Assembly (NCBI GenBank): GCA_045535075.1
Contig: JAZSKX010000015.1
Location: forward strand, 32,001-96,000
Origin: Candidatus Spyradenecus sp.
GTDB lineage: Bacteria > Verrucomicrobiota > Verrucomicrobiia > Opitutales > UBA953
Direction: 5' to 3'
Length of the DNA stretch: 64,000 bases
Below, piece by piece: positions 59,050 through 64,000 of the stretch. Positions within the stretch are counted from its first letter, which is position 1, and each line of letters starts with the position of its first letter. A model generated the notes under the pieces. It was given only the letters and a program-made list of their open reading frames with translations. It had not been told where the DNA came from and did no database searches. The position numbers and the translations under genes were made by a program.

Positions 59050-60474
59050 ATGAACAAAAAACTTTCTGAACTTTGCTGTGCCGGAATGCTGATTGCGGGA
59101 GCCGGGATTTTTTCCGGGTGTGCATCTTATTCCGAAAAATCTGCAGACATGCGCTCGGCGTGGATTCAGGGGAATTTTGCTCATGCCGAAAAAATTACGG
59201 CGGAAGAGGCGGAATCTGCCTCGGAGGAAGATCGCCTTCTTTGGCAACTTGAGCATGCTTCGGTTTTGCGCGGAATGCAGAAGAATGCGGAAGCGCAACA
59301 TGCACTTGAGGCAGCGGCGAAAACCTTGGAAGCGTGGGACGAAAAGGCGGAAATTCTGCTCTCTAAAGAAGCGGCGGCAACGCTTTCAAATTTGTCGGCG
59401 CTTCCGTATCGCGGGCGCGGGCTCGATCGTATCATGCTTCACACCTACCGGAGCCTGAATTTTTTGGAAGCGGGAAAAATCGATGCCGCGCGAGTTGCCC
59501 TCAATGCCGCGTTTCAGGCTCAAAGCGAAGCGGTCGAGCGCAATGCAAAAAGCATCGAAGCCGCTCAGACGACCGCGACTGAAAACGATGTCGATTTGGC
59601 GGATTTGAAAAAGAACCAAAGCGTCGCGAATGCGATTGAAATCGGGAAAAGCGGACTCTCCGGATTCTCCGCTTACGCCGATTATGTTAATCCGTTTACG
59701 ACTTGGCTCCACGGAATTTATTTTCTCCATGCGGGAACGGATGCGTCCGACCGCGAGCGTGCACGCAAATCGCTGGTGCGCGTCGCGCAGATGGAACCCG
59801 AAAATACCTTTGTTTACGAAGACATTAAGCTCGCAGAAAAGGCTGTTCCCGAAGACGACGCAATAACGTATGTTATTTTTGAATACGGAGTCGCTCCGAC
59901 CTTATCGTTTGTCCGCGCCGACCTTTTCCTGGCGATTCCCACCGGAACCGGAAGCTCGACAATCGCGCCCGTTTGTATCGCATTGCCGAAACTTTCTCGG
60001 GAACACTCCGCGGGGCTTCCCGTGATGCGTGCAAACGACGTTCCCGCGCAGACCGTTTGCGATATGAATCGAGCCGTTAAAACGGATTTCGAAAACGCTT
60101 ATCCGGTGGTGCTTGCACGAACGCTGACGACGGCATTTCTGAAGACGGCGGCGAGCGTCATCGCCAACACTGCCGCGCAGGAATACGCTCTCAGAGACGG
60201 GAGCGCCGCCGCGTCGTTGATTGCGCTCGGGACGATGATCGGAACAAGTGTCGCAACTTACGCGACAACGGATGCGGATTTGCGTACTTGGCAAACGCTC
60301 CCGGAATATTTTTCCGTTGCCCGGATTCCGACGCCGAAATCACGCTGTGTTACGGTAGAAATTGCCGGACATCGCACGACAACGAAGTTGCTTCCGGGAA
60401 AGGTGAACGTCGTTGTCGTCAAATCGGTCGGTTTTGCATTGGAACCGAGGGTGAATCAATTTATCCTCAAGTAA
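59050..60474 (+). CDS. COG3014-like TPR lipoprotein
   Basis: Lipobox FSGC, ARVALN, YVNPF and ADLRTWQTLP. Confidence 0.78.
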   Translation: MNKKLSELCCAGMLIAGAGIFSGCASYSEKSADMRSAWIQGNFAHAEKITAEEAESASEEDRLLWQLEHASVLRGMQKNAEAQHALEAAAKTLEAWDEKAEILLSKEAAATLSNLSALPYRGRGLDRIMLHTYRSLNFLEAGKIDAARVALNAAFQAQSEAVERNAKSIEAAQTTATENDVDLADLKKNQSVANAIEIGKSGLSGFSAYADYVNPFTTWLHGIYFLHAGTDASDRERARKSLVRVAQMEPENTFVYEDIKLAEKAVPEDDAITYVIFEYGVAPTLSFVRADLFLAIPTGTGSSTIAPVCIALPKLSREHSAGLPVMRANDVPAQTVCDMNRAVKTDFENAYPVVLARTLTTAFLKTAASVIANTAAQEYALRDGSAAASLIALGTMIGTSVATYATTDADLRTWQTLPEYFSVARIPTPKSRCVTVEIAGHRTTTKLLPGKVNVVVVKSVGFALEPRVNQFILK

Positions 60475-60482
60475 TGATTTCT

Positions 60483-60914
60483 ATGAAACGTTTTGCTTCA
60501 AAAATTCTGTTTGCGGGAACGGCTTTATTGCTCGCCGTTTGCTTTGCCGGATGCGCGGCGTCCGTGAATACGCTTGAAAATGCCGATGCGGGATCGGGGA
60601 AACGACTTTTGAACGACCGGCGTATCGTTACCGATTCGGGGACTCTCGATATGGCAACGCCGCTTGAGGTGCGCACGGGAACGACGCCCGACGGCACCGT
60701 AATGCGCATTCAGCTTGAGCTGATGAACCGCACGGACGAAATCGGTCGCGTGTTTTATCTCGTCGAATGGTTTGACGAACAGGGCATGAAAATCGAAGTT
60801 CCCTCCGCGTGGAAGCAACTTAATATTCAGCCGGCAAAAATCGAATCCGTTACCGCCGTTGCTCCGAATGCCGCCGCAAAAGATTTTCGCATTTCATTAA
60901 AACGCAGTGAATAA
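60483..60914 (+). CDS. YcfL/DUF1425 family lipoprotein
   Basis: Lipobox FAGC, EWFDEQG..W and APN..AKDFRI. Confidence 0.8.
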   Translation: MKRFASKILFAGTALLLAVCFAGCAASVNTLENADAGSGKRLLNDRRIVTDSGTLDMATPLEVRTGTTPDGTVMRIQLELMNRTDEIGRVFYLVEWFDEQGMKIEVPSAWKQLNIQPAKIESVTAVAPNAAAKDFRISLKRSE

Positions 60915-60939
60915 AAACAACAAACGTAAGGAAAAAATA

Positions 60940-61518
60940 ATGACGCTTAAAAAATCCTTTTTCATGACGGTTCTTGCCGCGGGAACGCTGGTGTTCGGCG
61001 CGTGCGCTTCGCAAAAAGCTCGCTACATCGATTCCACGGGAACGGAAACCGTTGTCTCGTTGAACCGGGTCGATATTCAGGATTTTCAATCTGCAACGGA
61101 CGCGCTTGTCGCCGATATGTTGACTTGGGACGCGTTTGCGGGAACGAAAAAACCGGTTGTGGCGCTTAGCCGCGTTGTCAACGATACGACGAATAATTTT
61201 GATACGGCTTTGCTGACGAATCAGGTTCAGGAAGCCATTCTGAAATCCCGCAAAGCGATTATTTCGATGTCGATGAGCGTTGATCGCAAAGACGACGTGG
61301 TACGCCAGGACGTTGCTTCGCTCGGCGGAACGGAAACGGTTGTTCCGGATTTGACGCTTATCGGAAAAATTTCCGAAGTCGCCGCGCGCGCGGATTCGAC
61401 GAAACAGGTTTCGTATGTTTTTGCGATGCGACTCGTGGAAACCAAGACCGGAAACGTCGTGTGGATGAATTCGAAGACCATTACGAAGCAGGGCGAGAAA
61501 AATTCGGTCGGCTGGTAG
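60940..61518 (+). CDS. LpoB-like lipoprotein
   Basis: Lipobox FGAC, DIQDF, NDTT..FDT and MRLVETKTGNVVW..ITKQ; operon context with YcfL. Confidence 0.78.
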   Translation: MTLKKSFFMTVLAAGTLVFGACASQKARYIDSTGTETVVSLNRVDIQDFQSATDALVADMLTWDAFAGTKKPVVALSRVVNDTTNNFDTALLTNQVQEAILKSRKAIISMSMSVDRKDDVVRQDVASLGGTETVVPDLTLIGKISEVAARADSTKQVSYVFAMRLVETKTGNVVWMNSKTITKQGEKNSVGW

Positions 61519-61521
61519 TCG

Positions 61522-63285
61522 ATGACGGGAACAAATTTTTTTGAACGACAGGACAATGCGCGCCGGGCGACGCGTTGGCTTGTCGTTTGGTTTGCGCTTG
61601 CAGTGTTGGGGACGGCGGCGGCGGTTTACGCGGCTGTGATGTTTGCGTTGATTCGCGCGGATGTCGTTTCTCAAGCATCGTACTGGAATGCGGAGATTTT
61701 TGCTTATGCGTTCGGCGGGACGCTCCTGCTTGTCGGCGGTGCGAGCTTTTTCAAAAGCCTCGAATACGGGAGCGCGAGCGGAGAACTGATTGCGCGGGAA
61801 CTCGGCGGTGCTGCGGTTAATCCGAATGCGGACGAACCGTCGCGCCGTCAACTCGTGAACGTCGTTCAGGAAATGTCCATCGCCTCGGGCGTTCCGATGC
61901 CGAAGATTTTTATTCTCGAACACGAGCGGAGCATCAATGCGTTTGCGGCGGGAACGCGGATTGAAAATGCGGCGATCGCCGTTTCGCGCGGTGCGCTCGA
62001 TAAACTTTCCCGTGACGAGTTGCAGGCGGTTGTCGGGCATGAGTTCTCTCATATTCTTAACGGCGACATGCGTTTGAACGTCAAGCTCGTCAGTTGGATT
62101 TTCGGCTTGGTTGTTTTATCGCTTGTCGGGCGTATTCTGATGCGAAGTGCCGTGTTTTCGGGAAGTTCGCGTTCCCGAAAAAATGACGGCGCGCAGGTTT
62201 TGGTTTTCTTCGGCTTGGTGATTATGATTATCGGCTTTGTCAGCCAATTTTTTGCAAGCATTATTCAAGCTGCTATTTCGCGCCATCGCGAGCGCTTGGC
62301 GGACGCTTCGGCGACTCAATTTACGCGCAATCCGATCGCACTTGCCAATGCGCTTTCCCGCATCGGCGGCGATTCGAGCCTGCTGAATTCTCCTCATGCG
62401 GGCGAATATTCGCATTTCTTTTTTGCCTCCGGCGTGCATTCGCTTTTTGACACGCATCCGCCGTTGGAAGAGCGTATCCGCGCGCTCAATCCCGCTTGGG
62501 ACGGAAAATTTTTGCGTTCCGCCAATCCGCCGAGCTGGACTGCTGAGGAAACGGAAGCTCTCACGAGAAAATGGGCGCTTGCCGACTTGGCCAAAGATGT
62601 TAAGGGCGCTCGGGCGCTTGTTTTTCTGTTGATGATGACGCATTCCCGCGACGACGATCGCGCGCAGGCGGAGTTGCTTTTAAAGACGGAACGGAAAGAC
62701 GTTTTTGCAATGTTGGAAGCGAATTGGGATGCCGTTTTGGCGCTCCCGCCGGAAAAACGGCTTTCTCTCGTGATTCTTGCCGCGCCGCAATTGCGCGAAT
62801 ATCCGCAGAAAGAACGTAAGGCGATTTGCATGACGCTGAGGCGCTTGGCGGAAATTGACGGCGAAATTGCGCTTTTTGAGTTTTTGATTATTCGCATCGT
62901 CGAAGGTCTTTTGCTTTGGGAAGAACATTCGAGCGTTTCCGAGTCCCAACGTTTTGCCGCCGCCGAAATTGCCTTTTCCGTCGTTATGCGGGAAAATCGC
63001 TTTTCCGCTACCGAGGCTTCGCGGAAAATGCAGGCAATTCTTGATGTGCAGGATTTCTTCCCGAAAAGCCTTCGCCTCGTTCCCGCAACACAACTCTGCG
63101 TTCCCGAGTTGGACAAGGCATTTGATATTTTGCGGGCAACGCCGATTATTTTCCGCGAAAACCTGATTAAGGTTTGCGATGCCGTGGCGCTTGCCGACGG
63201 GAACGTTTCCGCTCAGGAAACCGATTTGATTAACGCGATTGCGCTTGCGCTCGCTTGCCCGATTTATAAACGCATTCGACTCTAA
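61522..63285 (+). CDS. M48 (HtpX-like) membrane metalloprotease with C-terminal helical domain
   Basis: NVVQEMSIASG, INAFAAG, GHEFSH..NGDM, SRHRERLADA and THPPLEERI. Confidence 0.9.
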   Translation: MTGTNFFERQDNARRATRWLVVWFALAVLGTAAAVYAAVMFALIRADVVSQASYWNAEIFAYAFGGTLLLVGGASFFKSLEYGSASGELIARELGGAAVNPNADEPSRRQLVNVVQEMSIASGVPMPKIFILEHERSINAFAAGTRIENAAIAVSRGALDKLSRDELQAVVGHEFSHILNGDMRLNVKLVSWIFGLVVLSLVGRILMRSAVFSGSSRSRKNDGAQVLVFFGLVIMIIGFVSQFFASIIQAAISRHRERLADASATQFTRNPIALANALSRIGGDSSLLNSPHAGEYSHFFFASGVHSLFDTHPPLEERIRALNPAWDGKFLRSANPPSWTAEETEALTRKWALADLAKDVKGARALVFLLMMTHSRDDDRAQAELLLKTERKDVFAMLEANWDAVLALPPEKRLSLVILAAPQLREYPQKERKAICMTLRRLAEIDGEIALFEFLIIRIVEGLLLWEEHSSVSESQRFAAAEIAFSVVMRENRFSATEASRKMQAILDVQDFFPKSLRLVPATQLCVPELDKAFDILRATPIIFRENLIKVCDAVALADGNVSAQETDLINAIALALACPIYKRIRL

Positions 63286-63291
63286 TTCTTT

Positions 63292-63975
63292 ATGCTCCCG
63301 GATTTATCGAAAATTCAAACCGTTTTCTTTGATTTGGACGGTACGCTGATTGATAATTTCAGCGCCATTCACAAATGCTATGCCGATATTGCGCGGGAAA
63401 TGGGGCTGATCCCGAAAAGCTACGAGCAGTTGCGCGCCACCGTCGGCGGATCAATTACGCTCACGTTGTCCCGACTCATCGGCGACGACCTCGCCGAAGA
63501 AGGCGTGCGGCGTTTCCGGGCGCATTTTCCCGAAGTAATGTTCGACGACGTTTTCGTTTTGGACGGGGTTGAATGGATTTTGAAAAAGCTACGGGAACGC
63601 GGTATCAAAACCGCCGTTTTTACCAACAAAGAACATTCGGCAACGCTCGCGCTTTTGGAGTATTTGAACTTGTCGGCGCTTGTTGACGGCGTTTTCGGAA
63701 CGAATCTTCCCGACATGCCTTGGCGAAAACCGAACCGCGAGTATTCCGAGTATGTTTTGAAAAAAATGGGCGTTCCTGCAGAAAACGCGATGCTTATCGG
63801 CGATTCGCCGTTCGATGTCGGAGCCGCGCGAATTGTCGGTATGCCCGTTGCTTGCGTAACGACGGGAACACACATGCCGGAAGCGCTTATCGAATGCCTC
63901 GGGACGCAGGAACTTGTTTTCCCGAACATGTTTGCTTTGGGACGGGATTTGTTTAATTTTAGTCCGCAAAATTAA
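63292..63975 (+). CDS. HAD family phosphatase (Gph-like)
   Basis: FFDLDGTLID, FTNK, RKP and IGDSPFDV. Confidence 0.9.
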   Translation: MLPDLSKIQTVFFDLDGTLIDNFSAIHKCYADIAREMGLIPKSYEQLRATVGGSITLTLSRLIGDDLAEEGVRRFRAHFPEVMFDDVFVLDGVEWILKKLRERGIKTAVFTNKEHSATLALLEYLNLSALVDGVFGTNLPDMPWRKPNREYSEYVLKKMGVPAENAMLIGDSPFDVGAARIVGMPVACVTTGTHMPEALIECLGTQELVFPNMFALGRDLFNFSPQN

Positions 63976-64000
63976 ACACTATTTGTTTGCTATGAAAAAA

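Larger units (their letters stand above)
105..63869. repeat. Dispersed over-represented motif (G/A)CGGGAACG / CGTTCCCG(C/T), candidate DNA-uptake-like sequence
   Basis: Manual scan: about 195 copies of CGGGAAC/GTTCCCG, about 150 of them extending to CGGGAACG (e.g. 522, 762, 1383, 2049, 2461, 3799, 4151, 5808, 5836, 7651, 12633), on both strands, in genes and intergenic DNA. Confidence 0.95.

Noticed and set aside
105..63869. Motif as CRISPR repeat, REP element, Chi/KOPS site or HIP1
   Set aside because: Spacing is irregular with no spacers or cas genes; it is mostly intragenic and only 8-9 bp; both orientations are about equally common in this window; it is not palindromic like HIP1. A methylation-linked origin is not excluded.
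59050..63975. COG3014-YcfL-LpoB lipoprotein cluster as a novel system
   Set aside because: A gene arrangement I recognise from other bacteria; nothing unusual visible.

Overview
Bacterial chromosomal segment, most likely Verrucomicrobiota (Opitutales-like; inferred from the PEP-CTERM tail PEPSTFGLLAGLGALALVGARRRR, long-form IspG and G-poor leaders without Shine-Dalgarno sequences). It holds about 50 genes: housekeeping genes (ispG, ppdK, DAHP synthase, purA, prmB, recQ, nadB, uvrA, queA, asnS, folB, hemE), two tRNAs, a type II RM + OLD-nuclease island after purA, a type I RM locus with Abi_C-like and HEPN-like cargo, and an operon of beta-barrels, PEGA-like lipoproteins, a Sel1-like protein and an ankyrin protein. 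The strongest signal is not a gene. The non-palindromic word 5'-(G/A)CGGGAACG-3' recurs on both strands about 3 times per kb (manual count about 195 copies of the 7-mer core, versus about 8 expected). It lies inside genes in all frames, pairs up to form terminator stems, is densest in uvrA, sits in most signal-peptide coding regions and is absent from the AT-rich defence islands. This is the behaviour of the DNA uptake sequences of Neisseriaceae and Pasteurellaceae, so it is a candidate uptake/self-recognition signal in a new phylum. Other notable items: a PPDK in frame with a histone-H1-like tail, a 28-bp promoter with a poly-G spacer duplicated in front of two surface-protein genes, and a TerC-HAD fusion. 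All counts are by eye and no database searches were run.
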